Shown: positions 24,926 through 39,339 of the stretch, piece after piece
Layout of the letters: every line of letters begins with the position of its first letter
Position numbering within the stretch: the stretch's first letter is position 1
Assembly: GCA_013265495.1 (NCBI GenBank)
Contig: MU058584.1
Coordinates: 7,406,407 to 7,470,406 of the forward strand
Reading direction: 5' to 3'
DNA: 64,000 bases
Origin: Vicugna vicugna
Lineage: Eukaryota
Position numbers and translations under genes: made by a program
The notes under the pieces: generated by a model
What the model saw: only the letters and a program-made list of their open reading frames with translations
Databases searched by the model: none
Told to the model about the DNA's origin: nothing

Positions 24926-25783
24926 TTATTTTCCAGAATCAAAACAAGTAGTTAAATGCAATACATTTTTAAGAATCCTCTATTTTTTTCCTACTTAGCT
25001 GAAATGAACCATACTGACTTGAAACCATTTTCTTTATGAATCTGAGTAACTGAGGTTGATTTGAGTTTGTATAAAAATAATTTTTGCTTATCAAGAAGCT
25101 CAAAGCCAGGGCATCTTGGAGCCCAGCCTGCTAACTGATCATTGTTGGGGCTGAAATACTCTGCACTTATCCTAGCAAATGTTTCATCTGTTCTGACAAC
25201 TTCTTAGGGCCCCTGATTGTAAAGATGGCTGTGCAGAATCTGTTCTAAAATACGTTAGAAGGATTTAAAGAAAGAAAAGCTCCCCTTTAAAGTCAAAACT
25301 CCCATTTGTTTTTGTCTACTAGCAACTTGTCTGCTTAGTTCTACAAGTTGATGTTGACAAATGTACAAAAATAAAAAATGTGAGCACGCAATTAGCCTAA
25401 AGTTGCACTGCTCCAAAATTTATTCATCTGCCCAAAAAACTTCATTTATCTCTTCACTCATCACATGTGTATTTGAAAACTAGGAGTGTCAAAAACTGTG
25501 GTAAATGTTAGAACAGAGAATGATGAATAAATTGTGGGCCCTGCAGTCAGGGAGATCCCAGTGGGGGTGATGGTAAGTAATTGAAGTCTACCCTGCTTTC
25601 CAAGCCTTGCTCCTTCTGCTACTTCAGATACTTCAGGCCTTACTGAAGCATCACTTCTGTAAGAGGCTGACCTCAAATCTGAAGTCACCTTCCCTCCCTA
25701 ATATCTTGTTATTATCTATTATCTTGTTATCCTGTTTATTATTTTTTGTTTTCTTTCACTAAGACTAAAGCTCTATGAAAGCT

Positions 25784-25785
<2 letters not shown>

Positions 25786-25829
<44 letters not shown>
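25786..25829. repeat. (TG)22 microsatellite
   Basis: Perfect dinucleotide run. Confidence 0.95.
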
Positions 25830-25830
<1 letters not shown>

Positions 25831-26309
25831 TGCTGGGAGCAGTGGAGTATCACCATTATAAGCTTTTAAGCACAATCATAATGCAGTAGAAAGATCATTC
25901 TGTCTATAGTGTGGAGAAAGGCTTTGAAGTGAAGACAAGATTAGAAGAAGACTAGTTAGGAGGCTGCTGCAGACAAGAGATTATGGTGATCTGGGCTCGC
26001 TAAGCTCTTTGTACCAGACTTGAGGAGAAGCTGATGAATTCAGGGAATGTTAAGTAGGAAGACGGTCCTGTGCAGTGTTAGGGACCACCCAAGGTAGTAC
26101 CAGTCCTCTTGGTCTTGTGAATTTCTTTTCTACTCCTCAGCTGGATGGTAGAACAAAGCTGAGAAAGGAGATAATGGAATTAATACTCTGAGCTGAGATT
26201 TTTCCAGGGAGGCAGCATGTAAGGTCAAGAGAGCAGATGAGTTAAAGTTTTGAAGAAAGATAGGTTGAAATTATGTATTGTATAATCTAATATGAGTGCT
26301 TTTGATTGA

Positions 26310-26670
26310 TGTATTAGTCAGAACATTAGTCATGAGAGATTAACCCAGTAACAAACAACTCTAGAATTTCAGTAGCTTAATATAATTACAATTTAATTCA
26401 CCTTGCTCTAATAATCCAATAAAAGTCACAGAGATGGAGTGGGTGGGGGCATCCCTGCTTCACTTGGTCAGTAATGGACTTTGGAATTCATTCTTCCAAC
26501 AGATGGGAAGGAGAAAGAACCCTGAGTGAGGGAGGTTCGTAAGGACCAGCCTGGAAGTGGCACACATCTGTTCCATTTCCATTCCATTGACCAGAACTCA
26601 GTCATTTGGCCTCACCTAACTGCAAAGGAAACAAACATATAATCTGAGCTTGTGCCCACGAAAAGGGAAA
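26310..26670 (-). mobile_element. Old MaLR LTR (MLT1J/K-like)
   Basis: tgtattagtcag start; ccattgaccagaactcagtcatttggcctcacctaactgcaa. Confidence 0.65.
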
Positions 26671-27724
26671 AACAAAAGAGGATGTTGAATGAACATTGAA
26701 AGGATATGGGCAAACCAGAGCACTGGGGTTTTTCTGAAATTAGAGAAAATGTGTACCAGGATTTAAGGGAAAAAATGGTAGGGCTTCAGGTTGAAGTCAG
26801 TGAGTGGGATGCTGTATCTCAAGGTTTAGGAGGGAAAAGAATGCCACCTTAAAGTCATAGATGTTATTGGAATAAGAAGGAGCCACTGGAGGAGGGGAAT
26901 GACAAACAATAGCTATAGATATTTGTGGAACACTGTTTGTCCTCAGAAGGTCTGGGTACTAAAGGGAAATGGGGATAAAATTTTCTGGATTAGAATGTGT
27001 TAAGGGCCAGGATATATTGAGGCCAGGAAGATTGATGTGGCATTTACATGAATGATAATCCATTCCTTTAGCTGTAAAAGTCTAGAGCAGGAAGGCACAG
27101 CTGATGCTCTTTGGCCCGTAGTGCATCCAGCTGCAGTTGTACAACTGGGAAGACCTTTTCCTTATGCAGGGAGCAGAGAAGGTGCTTGCAGGAGCCTGGG
27201 TATCAGAGTACTTCCTAGTCCCAGGCTATTGTCTGTTCTGTTTCCCACCAGTGTACATTCTGTTGCTCTAATTTTAGGATGGAATGTGAAATTTGGCTTT
27301 CCCAAACCTACAGGTCCCAGATAAGATTCTCAACCTTTTTGAATTGTAGGCCATATGTGAAAATGCCTTTCTTATCAATGCAGGGTCTCTTACCTCCCTA
27401 CTTTCTGAAAGCTGGTTTTAGTAGACACTAGTCTCTTTTCCTTAGGACCCCCTACAGTTCTTAAAAATAAAAATCAACACGCTCCACCATTCTAGAATTT
27501 TCCTACCAAGTTCTCTAGTACTTTAGTCTCTGTAAGTAACAGTTTTGAGACCACTATTAAAAAGAGGTGAGAGTTTAATCAGGTTTTTTACAACTGGGTA
27601 ACAAAGGTTGCCAACTTCCAGGGCTACAGTGGAGGGCTCCTCACAGCCCTCCCTCCTAATCTTACCTTTCAGGGTCTGTCACTTTTTAACTCCCACCCTC
27701 ACCTGACTTCCCGGAACCAGTATC

Positions 27725-28200
27725 TGTATCAGGATTCTTTCAGATATAAATTTCAGAAGAACTCAATTTAAGTAACCTTGGAAAAAAGTGAATTAATTAA
27801 TTTACATGATTGAACATTTCAGAAACTCAAACGGTGTCAAGATGACCTGTTTTGATAAACTATGATGAACTGGACAAACTCTTTCCAGTATTTAGTTCTG
27901 TTTCTTTACTGTTGGCTCCATTCTTGGGCCCCAAAGGATTGCAGTATGACAGCTATCAGCTGCCAGGGGGTTTCCTTCCTAGCTTGAATCCAGCAGAAAT
28001 AAATGAGTCTTTCTCTCAGAATTTTCAGAAAAACTCGTGAGGGTCAGTCTGATTGGACAGGCTTGGATCATGTGCTCATTCCTGAACTCATCACGATGGC
28101 CAGAGAATGAGATGCCCTGATTAGCATAGGCCAGATCACATGGCCTGGGGGCGGGGGTGGGCTCCTCTTCACCTGAAAGTCACAGCTGTTGGAAGATCAG
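27725..28200 (-). mobile_element. Old MaLR LTR (MLT1J-like)
   Basis: tctgattggacaggcttggatcatgtgctcattcctgaac motif. Confidence 0.6.
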
Positions 28201-28419
28201 AGAATAGACCCTGGAGGAGGTGCAGCAGAGGTGAGGGTTGCTGGTACCTGATACCTGTTGGGCATTGTTTGTCTTCGGAACAATTTAATTTCAATAATAA
28301 GATTCTTGTGTATTTATTCTTCTTAAAGGAATATAAGATTATTAATACCTCGTTATTAAAACTCTATATTCATTTATTGATTAAATTTAATAATTCACCC
28401 TCTGACTTTTTTTGATTCT

Positions 28420-29375
28420 CCTTTTTTTATTTGCATTCTTTTTAGTGAAGTATAATCAGATTACAATGTTGTGTCAATTTCTGGTGTACAGAATAATGTT
28501 CCAGTCATACATATACATGCATATATTTGCTTTCATATTCGTTTTCATTATAGCTTACTACATGATATTGAATGTAGTTCCCTGTGCTATACAAAAGAAA
28601 TTTGTTGTTTATCCATTTTATATAGAGTAGTTAGTATCTGCAAATCTCCAACTCCCAATTTATTCCTTCCCCCTCTTTACCCCCTTGGTAACCATAAGTT
28701 TGTCCTCTGTGTCTGTGATCTGTTTCTGTTCAGCACAACCACAACATACCACAACTTCTTTATCCAGTCATTTGTCGATGGACATTTAGGTTGTTTCCGT
28801 GTCTTGCCTATTGTAAATAGTGCTGCTATGAACATTGGGGTGCATGTGTGTTTTTGAATTAAGATGCCCTCTAGATATATGCCCAGGAGTGGGATTCCTG
28901 GATCATATGGGAAGTATTTTTAGTCTTTTGAGGAATCTCCATACTGTTTTCCATAACCGTTGCACCAAGCGACATTCCCACCAGCAGTGTAGGAGGGTTC
29001 CCTTTTCTCCACACCCTCTCTGCAGAGTTTTTATCATAAACGGATGTTGAATTTTATCAAAAGCTTTTTATGCATCTATTGAGATGATATAGTTTTTATT
29101 CTTCAATTTGTTAATGTATCACATTAGTTGATTTGCAGATAGTGAAAAATCCTTGCATCTCTGGACTCAGTCTCATTGGATCATGGTGTATGATTGTTTC
29201 AATTTATTGTTGGATTCAGTTTGCTAATATTTTGTTGAGGATTTTTGCATCTTTGTTCATCAGTGATATTGGCCTGCAATTTGTGTGTGTGTGTGTGTGT
29301 GTGATATCTTTGTCTGGTTTTCGTATTAGGGTGCTGGTGGCCTTAAAGAATGAGTTTGGGAGTGTTCCTTCTGCA
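28420..29375 (-). mobile_element. L1 fragment (3'UTR/ORF2 end joined to an internal ORF2 piece)
   Basis: L1 antisense motifs gtgctgctatgaacattggggtgc, ccagcagtgtaggagggttccc and gttcatcagtgatattggcctg. Confidence 0.85.
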
Positions 29376-30038
29376 TCATGGATTAATTTTTGAGGACATC
29401 TTTCTGACAGAGCAAAAAGGATGTCTTCACCTCAGTACTCTAATAAGCAGTTTATAACATATATTTTTAAATGGTGTAAATTTTAAATGAATCAGCAGTT
29501 CTTTATCAAGTTCTTTTAATTAAAAGTACTTTAAAAAACATTTTTGTAGGTAGAATTGAATAAGTTTTTACTCCATTTCTCTACTGATCTTCAAGGTATC
29601 GTATTTTAATGAAAACTCTATCAGTGCTGTAACTGGTGTTTTAATGCTTTTTTTTTAAAAGAACTAACTGCATAATTAAAAATTATTTAATCTAAGAAGT
29701 AAATAATTCTTCAAGAATATAATGCTTATCTCTATTCATTGTACATTAAGTAGATGTCCCTTATCAGCAAAGAAATGGAAAGATAATTTTTACTAGATGG
29801 ATTGCATTTCAAGGAACGCATTTTTAACATTATGCAGTGGAAGTCAGTGGGAATATAATTTGTCATGTCAGTACATACATCACAGCTGTTCTAGCATGTG
29901 TTTTTACTGTAAAATGAGGTCTACTTTTCTTAGCTGTATTTCTTTCCTGTTAGGATAATGTGGCATTGCTTATTGCCACTTAGCCTGACGTTTAAATCTT
30001 TAAATTTATAAACATTCTGAGACTGCTGTTTTCCTTGG

Positions 30039-30741
30039 TGTATGAGTTTCCCAGGGCTGCTCTAACAAAGTACCACAAACTGGGGTGGCTTAAAACAACA
30101 GAAACTTACTCTGTCAAAGTTCTGGAGGCTTGAAGTCTGAAATCCAGGTGTGTTTGGGGTCATACTCCCTGTGAAGGCTCGAGGGAAGAATCTTTCCTTG
30201 GCTCTTCCTGGCTTCTGCTGGCTCCTGGCATTCCTTAGCTTGTGGCAGCATGACTGTAATCTCTGTATCCATCTTCACGTGGCTTGCTCCCAGTGTGTGT
30301 CTGCCCCTGTGTCCTCTCCTCTTCTCTCTCTCTTTTTTTTTTTGAATGTTTTTAATGTAGAATTTTAATTTTTACACAATTTTAAAGGTTTCTTTCCACT
30401 TAGTTATTAAAAAATATTGGCTATATTCCCACTATTGTACAATACATCCTTGAGCCTGTCTTTATGCCCAGAGTTTGTAGCTTCCCTTCTCCTGCTCCCC
30501 ACTGGTAACCACTACTTCGTTCTTTACATCTGTGAGTGTACTGCTTTTTTTTTTTATTATATTCACTAGTCCTCTCCTCTCCCCATCTTATCAAGAACAC
30601 CTGTCATTGGATTTGGAACCCACTCTAGTGCAGTGTGACCTCATCTTAATTAATCGTATCTACAAAGACCCTATTTCCAAATATAGTCACATTCTGAAGT
30701 TCTTTGTGGACATTTTGGGAGACACTATTCAACTCACTACA
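30039..30741 (-). mobile_element. MaLR solo LTR (MLT1C/D-like) interrupted by an L1 3' end
   Basis: tg...ca termini; gtaccacaaactggggtggcttaaaacaacagaaa; ends gacactattcaactcactaca; flanks cttgg/ctttg. Confidence 0.8.
30311..30580 (-). mobile_element. Short L1 3' end nested in the MLT1 LTR
   Basis: 12-bp direct repeat gtcctctcctct at 30311-30322 and 30569-30580; poly-T; L1 motif cccactggtaaccacta. Confidence 0.75.
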
Positions 30742-31409
30742 CTTTGTCTACTTGCAGATTTTCTTCTCTTTTTCTTCTTTTGTAAATGGGTTATTATAAT
30801 AATATTTTACCTTGGATTATATATATACAATATTCTGATGCATTTTAATTATGAAACTGAGAATTTATAAATCAGATCATTGGAGTTTTAAAAGGTATTT
30901 TTTTAATTCTGTTTTGGGAAAATACTAACACCTCTTGCGATTGAGATAAAGCAGTGCTGTTCTTTCCTCCTCCATGGTACTGCTACTAAAATGTTATTTT
31001 GATTAGCTATTGTGTTTTGGAGGGTTGCTTCCTGAGAATTTTTCAGTTTTTAAAAAAAACTTTGTAGCTTACAAATAATTTATCATGAGGAAAAAAGTGA
31101 AACATTTAACACTTTTTAATTGTAATACACAAACTCTCTTTTTCCTCATTCATCTTATTCCTCATGTAGTCTTCTCTCCAGTGTCACCCCATCCCACAAG
31201 ACAGGGAAGAAGATGGCAGAGGGGAAAAACTGACAGAGATGGACCCATGAAGTTCCATAGGCATGGTGTGGAACTATAAATCCATTTTAAGATTTGGGAC
31301 TTTACATTTTCAAAACCTACTAAATAGGAAAGTTTTATTTATTAAAATAGACGTAACAGAACAAATGGCTGTCCACCCCACCAGTTCTGTATAAATCACA
31401 ACCGTTAAC

Positions 31410-31640
31410 ATTCATTACTTTCAAGTGCTTCAGGTGTGGTTACAGGTACTTTACACACATTAACTCATTGACTCCTCCCAACAACCTTAAGAGGTAGGTA
31501 CCCTAATTGTCTCAGTTTTACACTAAGGAAACTGAGGCACAGAGAGGCCAAGTAATGTGTCCGGTCATACAGATTATAACTGACAGCACCAGGATTCAAA
31601 TCCAGGCAATCTGGTTCTGGACTTTGTTCTCTTAATTACA
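31410..31640 (-). mobile_element. MIR SINE
   Basis: ggaaactgaggcacagagagg...ggattcaaatccaggcaatctgg. Confidence 0.8.
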
Positions 31641-31817
31641 GCATTCAACAACTGCTTCTAATAGTTCATAAATTGCACCAAGAATCTCATTTAATAGTCT
31701 CAGTTATGGCAAGTCACATCATTTCAGTCATTCACTAATATTTTTATTTGTTAAACTTTTTCTTTATCTAAAGCTGATTGATCCTGAGTAGAATGAACTT
31801 GGGTGTATGAATTAATC

Positions 31818-32178
31818 TGATTTAGTCAGAGTGGGCTGCTATTGCAGAATAAGATAGATCTGGTGACTTAAACAACAGATATTTATTTTTTGTGATTCTG
31901 GAGGCTGGAAGTGCAAGATCAGGGTGCCAGCATGGTGGGGTTCTTGGCGAGGGGTCTCTTCATGTCCTCACATGGCCTTCCTTGGTGCATGAAGAGAGAG
32001 AAGTCCCATATCTCCTCCTCTTTTTGTAAGGGTATTAATTCTGTCATCGGGTCTCACCCTCATGGACTACCCTAACCCTGATTACCTCCCAAAAGCCCTA
32101 CTTCTTAATACTATCCCACTGAGGGTTAGAGTTTCACCTTATAAGTTTGGAGGGATCACAAACGTTCAGTCCACTGCA
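31818..32178 (-). mobile_element. MaLR solo LTR (MLT1A-like)
   Basis: ttctggaggctggaagtgcaagatcagggtgccagcatgg; ends cacaaacgttcagtccactgca. Confidence 0.8.
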
Positions 32179-34829
32179 CTGATCAACAATGAAAAGCTAT
32201 AATAGCTGTTAGAATGTGTTTCCTTTTTATTTCCTAATTCAATGAAAAGTATCTCCAGAGGGACCAGTCAGTGCCTTATAAAATGCAGCTATCTTTATTT
32301 TAATAAAGTAGACAAGAGAATGGAGTCCATGAAAGCCGCATTTGGTGAAATGTATGGCAGACTGATTTGTTCTGTATCTTTTAAATCTAGACTTTTATTT
32401 GAAATAGCACTTAATACATGGCTCATGGTTTTTTTCCAGAAAATATACAGATGTGCTTACTGTATTTTTACAGCCAAGTTATATCTTAATTGAGGGTTTA
32501 GGGCTTAAAATCAGTGAGGAGAAAAATCCTATCTATTCAAAATTACCTTGAAAATCCCTCCAGTAGGCAGAATCTAGCCCCACATTTCATCTGTGGTCTT
32601 CCCTCTGGGCAATTGAAGCCTGGTCTTATTTCACCAGGGAAATGGGCACCTGGGCAAACTGAGGGTTTCTCCTCTTGCCACTCTCCTGTGGTCTTAGAGC
32701 TACCCTTCCCCCTTTTCCTCCCTCTGTCTCTTTTGTCCTCTTTGCACCCCCGCCCCCACCCAAGAACAATGTGTTGTATTCCAAGTAAGTTTTTGGAATC
32801 CATGGAATTTTTGTAACATGTAAATTTTTCTTTTCTCCCACTATTATCTTATTAACCACTGTAATTTCAGACCTGAATTTTCCCCTGAACGATCAGATAA
32901 ATGACATCTTAGTATCTTCCTGTTTATGACTATTTTCAGTGTTTTGGACATTAGGATTGCATCATTTCCTTGGTCCTGGATACGTAGCTCTATTTTAATT
33001 TTCACCTGTTAAATCTCCACTCCACATCTCAGAGGAGTTTATACACAGCCACCTCGGTGGTGGAGTTGCCCCACCTGGGTTTGCTACTCTTTGGGCCAAC
33101 ACCAGGAGTTGCTGGTTTTCTCTCTCAGGCAGGTCTGTCATAGGCCACACCTGTGGTAGACCCGCCCAAGCCCCTACCTCCCTCCCTCCCCAACCCGGCC
33201 CACTCTGCCCCTCCCTGCTTCTGACTCCAGGCCTGGGGAATGCCAATGCTAGCTCCTGGATGTCTAACCCAAGTCTCCTACAGCTTCACCATAGTAGACT
33301 TGCTGCCATTTCCATCCCTTACTAGCTGGCTCATTGTCTAATCCTTTGATCACAGTGACTTTTCAAGTACTTAGTCAGGGATAGAGCTGTTATTCTAAAA
33401 AAGCAGAAAGCTCTCCTCAAGTTTTCTTTAGTTTTTGCTTCAGTCCTTCTCTTAGATGCACGTTATAGCTTATTTAGTACAATGCTTCAGTGTTACGTGA
33501 TTTTGAAGCTTGGTTTCTGTTTGTTACACAAGAAATATGTGAATTCATTCTCATTGTGGAAAAGTTGAGTAATGTAGATCAAGTCCATATACCCTCGACT
33601 CTTACCAAGTCCCATTCACCTCAATAGCTATAACTGCTATTATCATTTCAGAGCATATATACACAAATACATACGTACCCAAACATACGCACATGCACAC
33701 ACATAAAGACACATGGTTTGTGATTTTAAAAAAGAAAAGTGGTCGCATATTGTCTATATTTTACACTGTAGGCAATGACTTTTGTCTTTTTTGTTCATTG
33801 ATGTATCTCTAACATTTAGAACCTGGTGTGTAGTGGATGCTTAGTTAATATATTGGAAGATGAATTTGCTTTATCCACTTAGTGATGTATCTTGGAGATC
33901 TTTCCATGTATGTACGTAGGCAGAGACAAGAAGACTCCTTTTACTGGCACATGGTATTGTATACTCCACAGTACAGATGGTTTGCATTTCACTTACTGCA
34001 AGTTATGGAGACACCTTTTCAATTAGTAGACATTCATATTCTCTCTGCTATGAAATGTCTAGTTATGTCCTCTGTCCATTTTGAAGGAGCTGTCATTTTC
34101 TCCTTGACTTTTAGAATTTTTTTATAGCCAGATATTAATCTTATATGTATTACATATAGTGCAAATATTTTCTGCTTATTTATCACTTGACTTTAACTTT
34201 ATTATATATTATAAAACAAAACCATATAATTTCGATGCAGACAAATTTTTCAGTTTTTGTGGCATTTTTATTTTATCTTGCTTAAATTTTTTTCTAATAG
34301 TTTTATAGATTTTTATGTTTAGTTATATATATATATATTTTATACTTAGTTATACAAAAATAAAAATTATTTTCCTGCTAATCATGTACTTGCATTCTTT
34401 AAACCACAGTCACTTAGGTCTATAATTTACTAATGAGAGAAATTTTTTTCATGCTTATTGACCACTATTCTTTTCTGTATGAATTGTTCATGCCTTTGCT
34501 TATATTCTTTGATTTTTTTTTTACTTTTTGACTTATAATGATTTTTATAAATAATGATATTGATATTTTGTCATACTTATTAACACTTTTTTTTCATTTT
34601 CTTGTGCATTTAATTTTACTTTTTCCATGCTAAAAATTTAAAAGTATCTGTTACTCTTTTTTCTCTTATTTCTTCCATTGCTTTTATATTTAGGAAGATA
34701 TTGTGCACCTCCAGAGCAGTTAAATATTCACCTATTTACTTGTAGCATTTTTATGAAGCTGTTATTGACATTTGTCTCTGTAATCCATTTGGGATTTATC
34801 ATGGTGTATGGTAAAAGTAAGGCAGTACT

Positions 34830-35090
34830 TGGGGAAAAGAGTGCAGGGGTTAAGAGCCTGGATTCTGAAGCCTGACTGCCAGGTTTCAATATCTGGGTCT
34901 GCCACTCACCAGCAATGGGCAAGTTACTTAAAATCTCTGTGCCTCAGTTTCCTCACTTACAAAAGGGCTGTGATTATTGTATCTACCTGTTAGGATTAAT
35001 GGGATTAAACACACTTGTTTATGTAAAGAACTGAAAGCACTGTTTTGCACATTGTAACAACTTAGTTATTGACAATGACAGTAGTAATTA
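34830..35090 (+). mobile_element. MIR SINE
   Basis: gggcaagttacttaaaatctctgtgcctcagtttcctca. Confidence 0.8.
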
Positions 35091-35209
35091 TTATAAAGTT
35101 TTATTCCAAATGAGCAAATGTCTAAATGTAATTTTTTTAATGAGTCGTACCATCACAATTGGTTTGCCGTACTTCTGTGATCATGTAAAAATGGCAACCA
35201 TAATAGTAA

Positions 35210-35430
35210 TAATTATAGCTGCTCATGTTTCTTGACACCTTACTCTGTGGCTGGGTGTTGCTCTCAGAGTGTTCCTTGCATCAATGCATGCAGTTCTACA
35301 GCAACCCTATGAAGTAGGTTTCATTATTTTTCCTGTTTTGTAAGTGATGTAACTGAAGTTTAGAAAAGTCAAATAGTTCATCCCAGGTCACAGTGTGGAT
35401 AAGTGGCAGAATTCTGGCATCAGTCTGGGT
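35210..35430 (-). mobile_element. MIR SINE
   Basis: caaccctatgaagtagg...ggtcacagtgtggataagtggcaga. Confidence 0.7.
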
Positions 35431-38400
35431 CATGGACAAGCTCTTTGTCCTGGGATCTCTATCTGGGTTATTTATCTTGTCATTCCATCTGTTGATTTTT
35501 GTACAGTGACACACTTTTTAATGACTTCAGGAGTCTAATACACTTTAATATCTGCCAGGCCATTTTCTTTTATTATTCTTTTTTTTTTTGAAAAATGCGT
35601 ATTGCTTTTCTGGATTACTCATTCTTTCATTTGAAGGTGAAAACCTTGTTGTGATATTCCAACTCCAGTTCTATGTGAATTTTGATGAGATATTTGTGAA
35701 GCTCATAATTTACATTTACATTTTTCATGTCCTTTTCCCCATCTAATCAGAAGATGATCCCTTCTGTTTATTATAATTTCCTCCTTTTTCCCCCTAACAT
35801 AGGTGAATTCACATTTCTTTCTAAACATAAAATAACTGGAAATACCCTTATGTTGTTGGAATGTTTTTCGATTATATTTTCTATTTATTGCTATAAAAAG
35901 AAAACTATTCATTTTTAAGCATTTATTTTATGCCTGTGGAATTTACTGGATTCTCTAGTAGGTTTTAAATTAATGATAATTTTTATCTTGTTTGTGCAGT
36001 TGTATCTTTTATTTCTATTTTTATATATTATTTCTTTCAGAAAATTATAAAATTGCAGTTGATTTTCTTAGGTTTTTTATCTTGATGGGAATAGTTTTCT
36101 TAGAATCGTTTATAACCATTTGATGTTGGTTTTTGGCTTAAGGTACATTTATTGTGATAAAGAAATAAATTTTTCTATTCTTCAACTAAGGTTCTCAGAA
36201 ATGAGCATTGAATTTCATTGAGATGATCATAGTCTTAACTTATTGAACAAATTATATAATTTGCTATATTGAATAGATTTATTAACCATCCTTGCTTTCC
36301 TAGTATAAGCTCTATTTGGTCATTTGGGGGTGATTCTTTTGCCATTAAATGGTTTTCCTATTATTTAATTTAAAATTAATATATTTTATCTATGAAATAA
36401 AGTTATTCTTTATAAGATAAATATATTTATAAATGAATAAAGACAAAATGAATAACAATACAATAATATTAAAATTCTGAGTGAAAAAGAAATATCACAG
36501 AAACCGAGGAGAAAAGAATAGTGGATACCTCATTCCAGATTATCTCAGTTAGCTGGATTAAGCAGGAGGCTGGTCTGTTTGTTTAGAGGCAGGGAAGTGG
36601 GAGTTGAGTCTTAAGAAGATGGTGAAACTCAGCATGGTTACTCAGAATATAAAGAGGAGCAAAAGGGCTTTTAGCTGTTGGCCAGACTGGAGTCTCACCA
36701 CCAATTCACATGCTGAGGCTCCACTGTAGAGTTGCTAATTTCTTTATTTATTATACCACGAGAATCCCAGTCCTTTCAATTTAGCAAATTAAGGGATTAG
36801 CAAAGAGCAAATCGTAAAACCTCATTGACTACAAAGGTGCCAGGGGATCTTTTGTTCCGGATGATGTGCATGTCCTATATCTGAAGGTCCTTTGGAAAGC
36901 ATGCCACTGGTTCACCATCACAGTGAAAACAAAAGGAAATAGAAGCTGAGAAATTCTTGTCTGTATTTCCAGTAGATCTCTTTTGTTATTTTTGTTCATT
37001 GCTTCCCATATTGAAATTAAATCCACCCAACATAAGTATGTCCCCAATTCACCATGACCAAGGCAAATTGCAGTTTCTGTCCCTCGAGCACGAATCGTTT
37101 CACACTTAGTGCAGTAACATCGCAGAACTTTTCCTGAGTCATAATGTTTAGTTCAGGATCCTCAAAATACAGAGACATCTTTACATTCTTAAGATATTTT
37201 CTTGAGAGTCCTGAGATGTATGTTCATAGAAAAGAATGCTCGTGCTGACTGTGTCATTTAGATGGGGAGGACCTGGTGGTCAGCCTTGAGGGCTCCATTC
37301 TCAGCATCACTCCCAACTCCCTGGTTTCTTTTAGTCTCATTGTCAGGTATCTAAATGTCAGGGCATTTATTCCAGCATTAGTGTAAATTGCTGGAACATT
37401 TTATCGTAATTTTTAAAAATTTTGTTTTGTAATGGAATAATTCCACTAGAAAATAATTTATTTTTTTCCTCAAAGAAGTTTATATTTTCTAATCTTAGTA
37501 TGTCAGATTTCCCAGATAGCAGATTTACATGACAGTTCAGAATTTTATTTGCCCTAATCACCCACCCTTTGGTAAATCCCTGCTTTTCTTCTCTCTCCAG
37601 ACATTTCAATGAGCAGGACTCTACTAACTTCTGTGGAATCAAATTAGCTTTTCCTCAGGAGTCATTTGCGTGTATGAGAAGACTGATTTAACCACAGTGG
37701 AATTAATGCTGGTCTCAGATTTATCTGAAAAATCCCGGAAAGACCAGTGTGGTTTATTTGCCCAGCAATATATGTTTCCTAATTATTTACGTGCAGAAAA
37801 TAAATAAAACTTATCAGAGATGATCTCTTGAACAAAAAGTAAATGTGTAGGGCTTTAGCTAAACTAAAGAATAAAATGTCTTGCCCCCAGAGTTAATGAC
37901 AAAGTCTCCTTGACTTAGCAACTAACCCATTCCCACCTCAGGGAATTCCACTAGGCTGAAGTCTACGGAATGAAAGTTCCCGCTCCAGGAAATGAGTGTC
38001 CTGGTTTCATAATTAAACCTAAGTTCCTTGAAACTTTGTACTGTGCTCTTACCTCACCAAATCATTGGCTGAAGGTTTTGTCCTGATTCCCTCTGAGATT
38101 ATTTACACTCTCAGCCTGTGATGGATGACCCCTGTGGGTAGATTATTCCATGTGCTGCCATTTATATTGCTTCCATGGAGCATTACTTAGGACTAGTGTA
38201 CATAAATAAAAATGAGCTCGAGAAATACAAATATGAATATGCAATTCAATCATCATCATGTTTCCAATGCCTGTGATTATTCTCTGTTTGCAATACAATA
38301 TGAATTCTTTATTTACGGAGTTCTACCACCTCCAGCTCCTTTTCTGAGTTTTAATTGAAGTCTCTATTGATTTTTTATAAACGTCTTTAATGACAAAGCA

Positions 38401-39339
38401 CTGTCATAACTAAAACTTGAGTTTAATGGCAAGTCATTTTATTGTTTCCTGCTGCAGTCTCCTAAATATATTCTTCTTAATTAAGGTAAGAGAATTTCAG
38501 TGGACATTTGTGTTCAGTTTTTTTTTTTTTTCCTCTTCAATAATCTTTTCCTTCTCCAGTAACTCTGGTCTTCCTGTTGACCTGCTGTAAAGTGGAGGAG
38601 GGGAAAAGGAAAAGGAGGATTTGTTTTTGAGAACTCAACTATCTATAAATGACTTCCTCTTGTTTGGTACATCCATTTGCAGGGTTTCATTTTCAAATGC
38701 CTGGTTGCAGGATCCACGTCCTGGAGGAAGGAACCGTGTCATCCTTCACTCATCCTGTGCACATAGCTCGACCACTGCCCCGAATATTATCTCCTATCAC
38801 TTCTGGCATTTCTTGTGCTTCTCCTCTTCCTGAAGTTCATAACTCATGTCACTGATTTCCGGTGCATACGGAGTCAGGTTTTAGAAATATGAGACAATTT
38901 TAAAATTACAGATGCAAAGTCTAGTATTTGAGCCAACATCTGCAACTAGTTTACGGGATTAAGCAAAATAGCTGCTCTGGATGACTGATATTTACCAGGG
39001 CCTCTCCATCTCCCATCAGAAATCAGAATGGCTCTTACTTATATGTTCTTCAGTTTTCAACAGAAATCAGGATTTCATCTGTTACATACCTCCCTTTATT
39101 AAGTTTCCTCACAGAGTATCTTAAGTTACAGCCAATTTTCAATTAGCCGTGATTAAGGAGGTCAGGGGGAATATGGGTAATTAAAATCCACAAATAACTA
39201 AAAGACTTACTTTAAGCAGAATGCAACACTCTCTCCTAAAACTTTTGGCTGAAATTACAAGCAAGTAAACCATCTGCTGTGATTTTCTTTTGTTTTGGTG
39301 CAAACAAAAAAATCTGAACATGCCACTGCATTATTTACA

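Larger units (their letters stand above)
33650..36430 (-). mobile_element. Highly decayed ancient L1 (L1ME/L1MC-like) fragments interrupted by MIRs
   Basis: Very T-rich; motifs gtgcaaatattttc, tccatttgggattt and ttaaccatccttgc. Confidence 0.55.

Noticed and set aside
34830..35430. Inverted MIR pair as a dsRNA/editing substrate (also 44200-44900)
   Set aside because: Copies look too diverged for stable long duplexes.
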